Below are positions 1 to 9,600 of a DNA stretch of 31,555 bases, piece after piece. This DNA comes from a virus (taxonomy: Duplodnaviria; Caudoviricetes). A model generated the notes under the pieces. The model saw only the letters and a program-made list of their open reading frames with translations, was not told the origin of the DNA and made no database searches. How positions within the stretch are numbered: the first letter of the stretch is position 1; every line of letters begins with the position of its first letter. The position numbers were made by a program, and so were the translations under genes. The stretch lies in the IMG/VR virus record IMGVR_UViG_3300005805_000295, positions 1-31,555 of that record; one strand, written 5' to 3'.

Positions 1-96
1 ATGTAGAACCGTATGTAGAACCGTATGTAGAACCGTATGTAGAACCGTATGTAGAACCGTATGTAGAACCGTATGTAGAACCGTATGTAGAACCGT
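1..96 (+). repeat. 12-bp tandem repeat ATGTAGAACCGT x8 (encodes VEPY), truncated by the window edge
   Basis: Eight exact copies read directly, in frame with the first CDS. Confidence 0.95.
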
Positions 97-3000
97 ATGC
101 CCCAACTGTAACTACCAATACACCAACTGTAACTACCAATACACCAACTGTAACTACCAATACACCAACTGTAACTACCAATACACCTACTTCAACAGCA
201 AATCAAGGTGCAATATCAGCGGCGCTAGAAACAATTGGTAATAACACAAATACCTCCACAAGCGGGAGCGCAGTAATGTCAACAAAAACCGATTTTCCAG
301 TGACTGTAAAAGGTATTACCTATAACTGGGATACAAAAGGAGATGCAGGCGATAAAGCTGACGCATATAACAATATGCTTAGGAGCGGCGCCACTCCTGC
401 TCAAATTAAAACTGCACTAGAAAACGCCTATAACTCAGTATTTAAACCTACTACGCCGGTGTCTATACCTGACTCGGATTGGAACGCTCTTACTTCTCTT
501 GCTGCTAGTAAAGCAACGGATAATATTGTAAACAACGCTACTGGTGCAAATACCGGTGCAAATACCGGTGCAAATACCGGTGCAAATACCGGTGCAAATA
601 CCGGTGCAAATACCGGTGCAAATGCTGGTGCAAATGCTGGTGCAAATGCTGGTGCAAATGCTGGTGCAAATGCTGGTGCAAATGCTGGTGCAACTGCCGG
701 AACAACTACTGGTACAACTACTACGACCACAAACAAAGGGCTTACTTCACTAGTACCGTTTGGAAACCCAGCTTACACATGGAATACTGAAGGAACGTTA
801 GGAGAAAAACAAGCACTCGTCCAAAAGATGAAGGACGACGGTTTTACTGTGTCTCAAATCCGAAACGAAATTAGCAGGCTAGAACCAGACAGATCTGCCT
901 TAACTGAATCTAACTTTAAATTACTTGGGTTGGAAACGGTACTACCCAAACCTGCTGATACGGCCACAACAACCACTGCAACCGCCGCAGACATTCCAAA
1001 CTCAAGCAAAATCTATAACATCGGTGGATTGCAGTGGAACAGTGGTGCGAGCTTAGACACTAAAAAAGGTTATGTCCAAGACTTGTTAAGGACGTACACA
1101 CCGGATCAAGTTAAGTCAATCATCAGGTATAACGACCCAGCAAATGCCACTGATGAAAACTTTGCACTTCTAGGTTTACCTGCGGGCGCTTCTAAAGCTG
1201 CCACACCAACTGGGTTTAGCGCACTGTATAAAGCTCCTACTGAACTAGCACCGTCGCGTGGACTAGGTGCGCTTGTTTCTCAATATGTAGGGCAACCCAA
1301 TTTAAGAACGATGACTCGCTCTATTGGGCCTGAAGGTATGGGTACGCTAACTGAACAGCCTTCAGCAGCTCTTTCTTATGCAACGCGTACTGGCGGTATT
1401 GGAGAGACTCAGTACTTTCAAAACATACGTGATTTCTTTGCAGATCCTAAAGTTACTCCGCAAGATGCCGCTTATCAAATGTCTCGATACAACATCCCTG
1501 AGACAGACATACAGGCTGCTATCGGTTTGACACCTACACAGTTCTTTGCTCAAAAACAATTAGCTGCGGATAGACAAGCTGCTTTGGACGCTGCAAAGCA
1601 AACCAAAGTTGAAAAAATTGAAGCTTTACCCCCTCCTTCACTAACTTATGGTGGAGCACCTATTTCTTTAGGTACAAATACGGGAGGCGCAGGTAATACT
1701 GTCGGTGGGACAGGTAATACTGTCGGTGGGGCAGGTGCTACGGTTGGTGGAGAAGGATCTTCGTTTAGTGGTAGTGCAGGCGGTATAGGTGTTGGTGGTG
1801 GCGTTGGTGGCGTTGGTGATGTAAGTGACGTGGATAGTGGCGCTAGCGACAACGACTCTATAGTTAGTACGATTTTAAAATCAATAGTCGGACCCCCCCA
1901 AGAACCTGCGCCTATTAGACCAGCGGGTACTCCAGACACACCTCCACCAGCGCCCCCTACCGAAGATAATAGAGCAGGAGGACCGATAGCTCTTGCCGAA
2001 GGTGGTAAAGCAAAAATGGCTGGGGAACAAAAGTTTTCGTTTGAAGACTTTGGACTTACTCCCGCTACGGTAGAACTAGCTCGTAAGCAGGGTGTTTTTG
2101 ATGTGCCGCGTAATGTTTTATTTGGCCCTGAGCTTAAAGGCTTAGAAGCTGCTGCTTTGGCAAACATGAGTCCTGAAGAACAAGAAGCGGCGTTACGTCA
2201 TTTGATGCTTAGACAAGGATTAACAGGGGCTGAATACTTTCCAGCAACCATGTTTAAATCAGCAACTCCGGCAAGAATGTTTGATGAACGCGGTAATAGA
2301 ATTCGCCCTCTATACCAATACGCCGAAGGCGGTGATGTCGGTCGAGGGCTGGGCAGTATCGCTATGAAAGGCTATGCTCAAGAGATGGCACAGAAAGGTC
2401 GGTTTGGCGACACGATGCTAGCCCACATTAGCCCCGAAGAAGCTCAGATGCTACAAGCCGCAGGTGGTGCGGGTACTATAAACCCACAGACTGGCTTGCC
2501 TGAGTACTTCAGTTGGAGGAAAGTTTTAAAAACTGTGGGTAAGGTTGCACCTTTTGTTGTGCCGTTCATCCCTGGGTTAGGTCTTGCTACTAAAGCACTA
2601 ATTTCTGGTGTTGCTGGTGGGCTTGGTGGACAGAAAGGCTTTGACTTTAAACGTGGTCTAATGTCAGGCTTGATGTCTTATGGCATTGGCAGTGCCGCAC
2701 AAAACCTCGGACTTACAAGCGGAGCCGCACCTACAGGTGCAGAGGCAGCTAGCGCGGGGGCTATAAATCCTGCTAGTTCGTTACAAGCGGGAATGGATTT
2801 TCCAACTACCGGGGCGCCTACTATTTCTGCTGGGGTTGACTTACAACCTTACACGCCCCCAACTGATGTTGGGTCTATGGATTTTTCTTCCCCTCCTCCA
2901 TCTACGTCTTTACCCACTACTCAACCTTCTGCGCTAGACACCATTAAAGACAAAGCAGTTGCTGGATTTGAAAAATTTCAATCAGTGGCAGATCAACCCA

Positions 3001-3485
3001 TAAGCACACTGTATGCGGTTCCAATGGCTGTAAGCGCAGCCGGTATGGTGTCTGAGAGCGATAAAGCTGCACAGGCTATGGCAGCGCAGGAAGCGGAAGA
3101 AGAACGTAAAAGGCGGCGTGGAGCAGAATTGTTTGCCGAAACACTTGGACGTATACCATTCCGTGCAGCTTCAGGTGGTATGGCTGGGCTTGGCGCACTT
3201 GCTGCGGGGGGTGCCACTGGGCCTGCTAACGAACCACGCACAATAAATGGCGCAGGGGATGGCATGAGTGATAGTGTGCCTGCTACCATCGAGGGTGTTC
3301 AAGAGGCGCGTCTTGCCGATGGTGAGTTTGTGATCCCTGCCGACGTTGTTGCAGATCTAGGTAACGGCTCCAGTAACGCTGGGTCTAAGAAACTTTACGC
3401 CATGATGGATCGAGTTAGGAAGGCTCGACATGGCACAACAAGACAACCGCCCGAAGTAGATACGGGTCGTTTGATGCCTGCTTAA
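3..3485 (+). CDS. Large low-complexity putative internal virion/ejection protein, 5'-truncated (true start lies upstream of the window)
   Basis: The frame of ORF 276..3485 is open back to position 3 (VEPY repeats, PTVTTNT repeats, then ...SGSAV-M276). C-terminal blocks GRFGDTMLAHISPEEAQML...GTINPQTGLPEY and INGAGDGMSDSVPATI...LADGEFVIPADVV resemble conserved virion proteins of uncultured podophages. First gene of a tightly packed + operon. Confidence 0.75.
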   Translation, partial: VEPYVEPYVEPYVEPYVEPYVEPYVEPYVEPYAPTVTTNTPTVTTNTPTVTTNTPTVTTNTPTSTANQGAISAALETIGNNTNTSTSGSAVMSTKTDFPVTVKGITYNWDTKGDAGDKADAYNNMLRSGATPAQIKTALENAYNSVFKPTTPVSIPDSDWNALTSLAASKATDNIVNNATGANTGANTGANTGANTGANTGANTGANAGANAGANAGANAGANAGANAGATAGTTTGTTTTTTNKGLTSLVPFGNPAYTWNTEGTLGEKQALVQKMKDDGFTVSQIRNEISRLEPDRSALTESNFKLLGLETVLPKPADTATTTTATAADIPNSSKIYNIGGLQWNSGASLDTKKGYVQDLLRTYTPDQVKSIIRYNDPANATDENFALLGLPAGASKAATPTGFSALYKAPTELAPSRGLGALVSQYVGQPNLRTMTRSIGPEGMGTLTEQPSAALSYATRTGGIGETQYFQNIRDFFADPKVTPQDAAYQMSRYNIPETDIQAAIGLTPTQFFAQKQLAADRQAALDAAKQTKVEKIEALPPPSLTYGGAPISLGTNTGGAGNTVGGTGNTVGGAGATVGGEGSSFSGSAGGIGVGGGVGGVGDVSDVDSGASDNDSIVSTILKSIVGPPQEPAPIRPAGTPDTPPPAPPTEDNRAGGPIALAEGGKAKMAGEQKFSFEDFGLTPATVELARKQGVFDVPRNVLFGPELKGLEAAALANMSPEEQEAALRHLMLRQGLTGAEYFPATMFKSATPARMFDERGNRIRPLYQYAEGGDVGRGLGSIAMKGYAQEMAQKGRFGDTMLAHISPEEAQMLQAAGGAGTINPQTGLPEYFSWRKVLKTVGKVAPFVVPFIPGLGLATKALISGVAGGLGGQKGFDFKRGLMSGLMSYGIGSAAQNLGLTSGAAPTGAEAASAGAINPASSLQAGMDFPTTGAPTISAGVDLQPYTPPTDVGSMDFSSPPPSTSLPTTQPSALDTIKDKAVAGFEKFQSVADQPISTLYAVPMAVSAAGMVSESDKAAQAMAAQEAEEERKRRRGAELFAETLGRIPFRAASGGMAGLGALAAGGATGPANEPRTINGAGDGMSDSVPATIEGVQEARLADGEFVIPADVVADLGNGSSNAGSKKLYAMMDRVRKARHGTTRQPPEVDTGRLMPA
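102..185 (+). repeat. 21-bp tandem repeat CCAACTGTAACTACCAATACA x4 (encodes PTVTTNT)
   Basis: Exact copies at 102, 123, 144 and 165. Confidence 0.95.
543..686 (+). repeat. 12-bp tandem repeat: GGTGCAAATACC x6 then GGTGCAAATGCT x6 (GANT x6, GANA x6)
   Basis: Read directly; in-frame coding repeat. Confidence 0.95.
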
Positions 3486-3495
3486 GGAAACAGTT

Positions 3496-4647
3496 ATGAG
3501 CACTACGCAAACAATTACCACCGCAGCCGAAATACCAAAAGTCCTAGAGCAGTTTTATCTAGGAACCGGCAAACAAGGCGAAACAGGCTATCAGCCAGGA
3601 CTTATTGGTCGTGGAATTTCTGAGATATTCCCAAGCGGCAAAACAGGTGCCGAGGCATATCAAGAGCAGTTTAAAACGCTAGAGCAAGCGGGATTGTTGG
3701 GTAGAGGCAGCGTTGCTGGTCTTTCTCCATTTCAAGAAGCCGTAGGTACACAACTTGGCGTAATGAGCGCAACTCCAGGCCAGTACGCACTTGGTACGCA
3801 GGCTGGGCAGCAAGCGGCATCAGGACTGCAAGCGTTACAAAATTATCAAAGTATGGGGGTAGCTGGGCCGCAGCTCACTACCTTCCAGATGGACCCTGCT
3901 CGACAATTCAGTTCCGCAGAAGCACAAAACTACATGTCACCGTACATGCAGTCGGTTGTAGATCGACAGCAGGCAGCAGCACTTAAATCTGCTAGAGAAG
4001 CGCAGTTAGGACAAAACCTTGCTGCGGCGCGTCAAGGCACTTACGGGGGTTCAAGACAAGCAATTCTCCAAGGAGCAAGGGAAGCAGGACTCCAGTCAAC
4101 ACTGGCAGATATCCAGGCTAAGGGCTTGCAGTCTGCGTTTGAAAATGCTCAAGCTCAGTTTGAGCGGGATCGTGCAGCACAAATGGGGATTGGTAGTCAG
4201 AACTTACAGGCAGCACTTGGGGTTCAGCAGCTCGGTGCAGGTCAAAACTTACAAGCGCAGTTAGCTAATCAAGCAGCACAGCAGCAAGCAGCACAGACCC
4301 AACTTGCTGCGGCACAAGGGCTTACTGGACTTGCAGGCCAGTTTGGTCAGCTTGGTACACAACAACGTGCGGCAGAGCTTGATACGCTTAAGACACAAGG
4401 TGCGTTTGGTGATTTACAACGCGCTATTGAGCAACAGAAGATGGATGCTCAGCGTCAACAACTTACAGATCAATCACAATATGGCCTGACTCAAGTGGGC
4501 CAACTCTCTAATCTGTTGCGGGGTATCCCGATGCAGGGTTCGACACAAACGGCAACTACGCCCCCACCGAGCTTTGCCAGTCAGTTGACCGGCTTGGGCT
4601 TGACAGGGATTGGGCTGTATAACATGCTTGGCGGGGGTCCAAAATGA
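3496..4647 (+). CDS. Putative internal virion / DNA-transfer (pilot-like) protein, Q/A/G-rich
   Basis: 383 aa with AAGGA RBS upstream. Has a YMSPYMQSVVD motif, a long QA-rich helical region and a hydrophobic Gly-rich C-terminus (LTGLGLTGIGLYNMLGG), as in podophage ejection proteins. Confidence 0.65.
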   Translation: MSTTQTITTAAEIPKVLEQFYLGTGKQGETGYQPGLIGRGISEIFPSGKTGAEAYQEQFKTLEQAGLLGRGSVAGLSPFQEAVGTQLGVMSATPGQYALGTQAGQQAASGLQALQNYQSMGVAGPQLTTFQMDPARQFSSAEAQNYMSPYMQSVVDRQQAAALKSAREAQLGQNLAAARQGTYGGSRQAILQGAREAGLQSTLADIQAKGLQSAFENAQAQFERDRAAQMGIGSQNLQAALGVQQLGAGQNLQAQLANQAAQQQAAQTQLAAAQGLTGLAGQFGQLGTQQRAAELDTLKTQGAFGDLQRAIEQQKMDAQRQQLTDQSQYGLTQVGQLSNLLRGIPMQGSTQTATTPPPSFASQLTGLGLTGIGLYNMLGGGPK

Positions 4648-6593
4648 GCCTTCGGACACTAGAAAAAGCGGTTAATAGGACCGCAGATCGTACGGTTGGT
4701 GACATTGTTGCCACTTATGGGTCTAACGTGCAACGCCTGAAGATGGACGCTGCTGCGGGAAAGATTGACCCCACGACAGCACTCATGGCGATGATGACGA
4801 TCCAACGGATTGTCGCTGCAAACACTCAACCACCGTCCGGTACGACAGTCGCTCAAGACACTGGAATGGCACCGCCCCCACAACAAATGGGCATGTCTGC
4901 AATGGCTCCCCAAGGCGCACCCGGTGCGTCACCCGGTGCGAACCCGGTTCGCATGGCCTACGGCGGTCAGGTTGCCATCAGTAATAACCAAGTGCCGTCA
5001 CCTGCGATGGAGCGTGGCATCTCCGGCCTACCCGTGCCTGACAACATGTTTGACTATGCTGATGGCGGCATGATTGCATTTGCTGGTGGTGGGGACGTAC
5101 AGCGGTTTCAGAACCAAGGTGCGGTAAACCTTCCATCGATCTATGGCACTTATCAGGCTAATGCACCAAAATTTGGGTCTAGTACTGCCACACCTCCAAG
5201 TGGGGGGTTCTTAGATTATCTTGCTTCTTATCCAGAAAGACGTAGAAAAGAAGCCGCTGAAGAATTAGCTAGAGTAAGAGAAGCTTTAACAAATCCTAAT
5301 TTGCCTGGGATGGCTAAAGCTGAATTAGTTACTAAACTAAATTTTTTACAAAAAGAATTAGGTGAAGCTGCTCCTCCTACTAGAGAAAATACTCCTATAC
5401 CAGATGTTCTTAAAGAAATGGGGGTAAAACTAGCTGAACGTCGTGGCGAATTTATAAATTCACCTGAAGAAATAGCTAAAACATTAAATCAACCAAAACT
5501 TGACCCTGTAGCAGCTTCGTTGGAAAGGTCAAAGCAAGAAGCAACAAAACAATCTACGGTTAGTTCACCAGGGGTTAGTTTTACTCGACCAAAAAGTGAA
5601 CAAGAGCATTTGAATTTTCTTAGAGGGCCACAGCCAGAATTCGGTGAGGATAAATTTTCGCCTAAAGCCTTTGCTGAAGCAGCTACTTCTGGATTTACCG
5701 TACCTAAAGAATTAAGTTTAGAAGAAGTAGTCCAACGCCAAAAAGATGTAGATGAAAAAATGGGGGTTGATAAAGACTTCTTTAAGAATATGCAAGGGCG
5801 TTTAGATACGATGCGAGAGCAAGCCAAAACGGATAAATCAGAAGCCGCAAACTTACGGATCATTGAAGCGGGGCTTGGTATTCTTGGCGGCACTTCACCC
5901 TATGCTTTTGTCAATATTGGTAAAGGTGCTTCTGAAGCTGTTAAAGGGTTTGGTCAAGATCTTAAAGACTACCAAAAAGCTCGCCGCGAACTTGATAGGG
6001 CTGAAATGGATCTTGCTAATGCTGAGCAAGTTTATAAGAGGTCAAGATCAGACAAAGCTTTAGCTACTCTTGAAAGCAGAGAGCGTGATGTAGTTACAGC
6101 AAAAAATACTGCTGCTCAGGCGTATTCTTCAGCTTATAGCGCAGGACAAAATGTTGTTGAGAACCGTGATCAAAGAGCAGCGGCGCAAAGAGGGGAAGCT
6201 GCCAAACTTGCCCAAGGTGATAGACAACTTTCAATACAAGAACAGCAACTTGCTGCTACTATAGCTTCGCATAGAGATCAGATCGAAGCTAGAAAAGAAC
6301 AAAATGCTAGACAATATGGCTTAGATAAAGCTTCAGCTATAGAAAAAGCAATGGTATCTGCTACTAAGTCTATTGACACTCAAATTATTAATTTAACTAA
6401 ACAACTAGAAGATCCTACTTTAGGTATGAGTATGTCGCCAGAAGTAAGGAAAGAAAAATATAGTAAATTAGAACAACTATATAAAGACAAAAATAATACT
6501 GAACAGCAAGTAGAAACTCGTATGAGGATGGAATTTGATAGTAAGAATAATTCAGGTCTTGTTTTGCTTGGGTCTAGATCCGCTAATAAATAG
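4644..6593 (+). CDS. Putative internal virion protein
   Basis: 649 aa; ATGA overlap with the previous gene; AxGG motifs (MAYGG, YADGG, FAGGG); coiled-coil-rich C-terminal half. Confidence 0.65.
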   Translation: MSLRTLEKAVNRTADRTVGDIVATYGSNVQRLKMDAAAGKIDPTTALMAMMTIQRIVAANTQPPSGTTVAQDTGMAPPPQQMGMSAMAPQGAPGASPGANPVRMAYGGQVAISNNQVPSPAMERGISGLPVPDNMFDYADGGMIAFAGGGDVQRFQNQGAVNLPSIYGTYQANAPKFGSSTATPPSGGFLDYLASYPERRRKEAAEELARVREALTNPNLPGMAKAELVTKLNFLQKELGEAAPPTRENTPIPDVLKEMGVKLAERRGEFINSPEEIAKTLNQPKLDPVAASLERSKQEATKQSTVSSPGVSFTRPKSEQEHLNFLRGPQPEFGEDKFSPKAFAEAATSGFTVPKELSLEEVVQRQKDVDEKMGVDKDFFKNMQGRLDTMREQAKTDKSEAANLRIIEAGLGILGGTSPYAFVNIGKGASEAVKGFGQDLKDYQKARRELDRAEMDLANAEQVYKRSRSDKALATLESRERDVVTAKNTAAQAYSSAYSAGQNVVENRDQRAAAQRGEAAKLAQGDRQLSIQEQQLAATIASHRDQIEARKEQNARQYGLDKASAIEKAMVSATKSIDTQIINLTKQLEDPTLGMSMSPEVRKEKYSKLEQLYKDKNNTEQQVETRMRMEFDSKNNSGLVLLGSRSANK

Positions 6594-6601
6594 AGAAAGC
6601 T

Positions 6602-9600
6602 ATGCGTATATATGAAATTCAAGCGCCTAACGGACGTATTTATGAAGTTCAAGGCCCTGACGGTATATCGCAAGAACAATTGTTTAGCTTTGTTCAGTCA
6701 CAGATATATAGCGAAGACTTAGAAAGGCTTAAAAAAGAAAGGGAAAAATCTCGCCAAGAAAGTTTTAAACCTGTTGATGTGCAGCCTATAGAAAAACAAT
6801 CTGTTCTACGTCAAGTAGCAGACGTACCTATTGGTATAGCACGCGGTGCCGCGCAGGGTATCCGCATGATTGCGGATGCTTTTGGGCCTGATAATGTTGT
6901 ATCGCAAGCCTACCGTGGCATGGAGGATATGCTCGGTGAGTTGTACTCGGCACAGGCTAAGAATGACCAGAAGAAGATAGCCCAGATCATGAAAGATGCC
7001 GAGGATAAAGGCATCGGTGATCAGCTTGTTGCAGCGGTCCAAGCTTTTGCAACGGCTCCTGTTGATATGCTTTCTCAAGCTCTTGGCACTGCCGCACCGA
7101 TTGTTGTCGGTGGTCTTCTTGGTTCAGTTGCCAGATTAGGAGCAGCAGGTGTCGGTGCAGTACAGACTGGACTCGGCGGGGCAATGGGTGCTGGTACTGT
7201 CAAAGGCACGATTTACGAAGCTGTTAAAAGTGCGCTCACAGATTCTGGGGAAGATCCCAAAGTTGCCGAGCGTAAAGCTCGTGAAGCTCAGTCCTACACA
7301 GGAGAAAACTGGGGCCAAGTTTTAGCGGGTACGGTGCTTGGTGGTATAGCCGGTAAGATCGGTGTTGAAGATCTTCTCCTAAAACGCTTTACTCAGAAGG
7401 CAGCTCAAGAAGGAGTTGAGGCTGCGGCACCTGGGTTATTACGTCGTTCGGCTACCGCAGGGGCTACTGAAGCTGTGCCTGAAATGGCGCAGGCTGGTCA
7501 AGAACAATTAGCTGAGAATGTTGCACTGCAACGCGCAGGCTTTGACGTTCCTACGTTTAGAGGGGTTGCAGGCCAAGCAGCTCTTGAAGGTTTGGCAGGT
7601 GCTGGACTTGGTGCAGGGCTGGGTGCATTGCCTGGGGCTACGCCACGTGACCAACAAGCTGAAGAATTTCGTCGCACGTTAAAAGACCAAGAACAAGAAA
7701 CAACGACTGAAGAAAGCGAAGCTGAGAAAAAAGCTAAGAAGCTAAAGCTTGAGGATCTTGACCCTACACAGGTTCAAACAACGCTAAAAGATTTAGAGAG
7801 ATTTACGATTGACCCTGAAGCCCTAAAAGAAAGGGGGGTCAAGAATGAGATTAAAAATAGTCTTCGTCTTTTAGGATTACCTGAAACGCAGGTTAAAGGT
7901 TTTTTACGCGCCAAAAATAACCAAGAATTAGTCAACGCACTGACTAAATTTTTGACGCCTAAACCAGCTACAGAGGAGAAACAAGGTGAGCAACTTGACC
8001 AAGTTGACCAACAGCCAAGTGGAACAGGCACTGATCTATCTGTCAGACCCGGAGGTGAAACCACTACCGGAAGAGCTGCACCACCTTCTACCGACGGAAT
8101 GGGGAGTGCTACAGATGCTTCTCAGCAGGTTGGAGTGGGAGCGCAACAACCTGACATTGCATTAGCCCAACAACAAGCCCCTGCAACTCAACAAGGAACC
8201 CTCAGTGTCGTTACGTCCCCTGAAGCCCAGCAAAAAGAAGAAGCAAGAGAAGAAGCGCCTGCTCAAGGAGCAGCAGTGGCAGGTGCCGCTGCAACCACAA
8301 CCGAACCCGTTGTTGAAACTAAACCAAAAGACTTAAGCGATAAAAGAGCTGCGGCTAAAGCTGCGCTTGAAGCTAGAAAAAAAGCTGCAAAAAATAAAGG
8401 TGCTGTTTCAATTGGGGCTAATGAAGAAGCTCGCTTAAAAGAAATTGAAGAGACCCTGTCTGAAGAAGAGCTAGATTTTGTTAATTTAGTAAGAGATGAA
8501 TTAAGGCAAAACAAACCAATAGACCCAGAAGATTTTAATTTTGCGTCAGAAATACTAAGACCGTTTGACCAGACAAGATACGCTCAGCAACAAGATCGCA
8601 TAGCAGCCCTTTATGAAGACGCTGCCGCAAGAGGATCTAAGAGTTTAAAAACTCGTGGGTTGCCTAAACTGTTCCGCGATTTAACGACTGAAGAAATAAA
8701 AGCTGGCGAAGAAAAAGGTGGCAAATTAACGGCTGATGAACGTGAAGTTTTTGTGGATGCCTTGGGTAAAGATCTGACCCCAGCAGGCGCTACCAAAGCC
8801 TTAGCTAAGTTATCTGATTACCGCGACAAGAAAAAATCTTTTACTGATGAAGCAGGGGCGCGAGCAGATATAGTAGCTAATTCAATAGCAGCTTACGAAA
8901 TAAATCGTAGGATTGAATCAAAACTACGTAAATTAAATTTACCTTCGTTTGTTGAACTCACTGAAGATGAACAACAAGCCTATCTTGGCGAAGCCCCTCT
9001 TAAAGGTAAAGTAACGGGCGAGCAAGTAATAAAAGGTTTTGATGCGATACAAAGCTACAATGAATCTTTAGGTACTGAAGAAGTAACTAAAGAAGAATTA
9101 GATGAAGGTAAAGCAGAAACTGCATACGGTAAAGCTCAACGTGAGATCCAAGCAGAAAAACTTGGTATGGCTGGTACTGAATTACCTACTGATATTTCAG
9201 AAGCAGCTAAACAGGGTAATTTAAAAACAGTAATTGATTACTTAGCTAATTTAGCTAAAGGTTATCAGAAAAAGCAACCGTATACAGGCACTTCGTTTTT
9301 ACAAGCTGTTACTGGGGGTACTCGGTTATCCGGCGCTATTAATAGAGGTATTGCTTCACTTATACGTGACTTAGGTGGTATCGACACAAAACTTAGATAT
9401 ATACCCACACTATCTAAAGACCCAGCTACTCGCGCAGAGGCAGCGCGTCTTTTGAGATCTGAAGGCAAAGCCAGCACATTTATTGCGGAATACGACCCAC
9501 GCACAGATACTCTTACTATTACTGATAGGGCATTAAATGAAACCGCCCTGATGCATGAACTTGTTCATGCTGTCACCGTTAAGATGATGTATAAATATCT

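Noticed and set aside
1-185. Terminal repeats, iterons or CRISPR at the window start
   Set aside because: The repeats are contiguous, have unit lengths that are multiples of 3, and are in frame with the first CDS.
428-753. ORFs 428..736 (-) and 544..753 (+)
   Set aside because: Alternative-frame translations of the 12-bp repeat.
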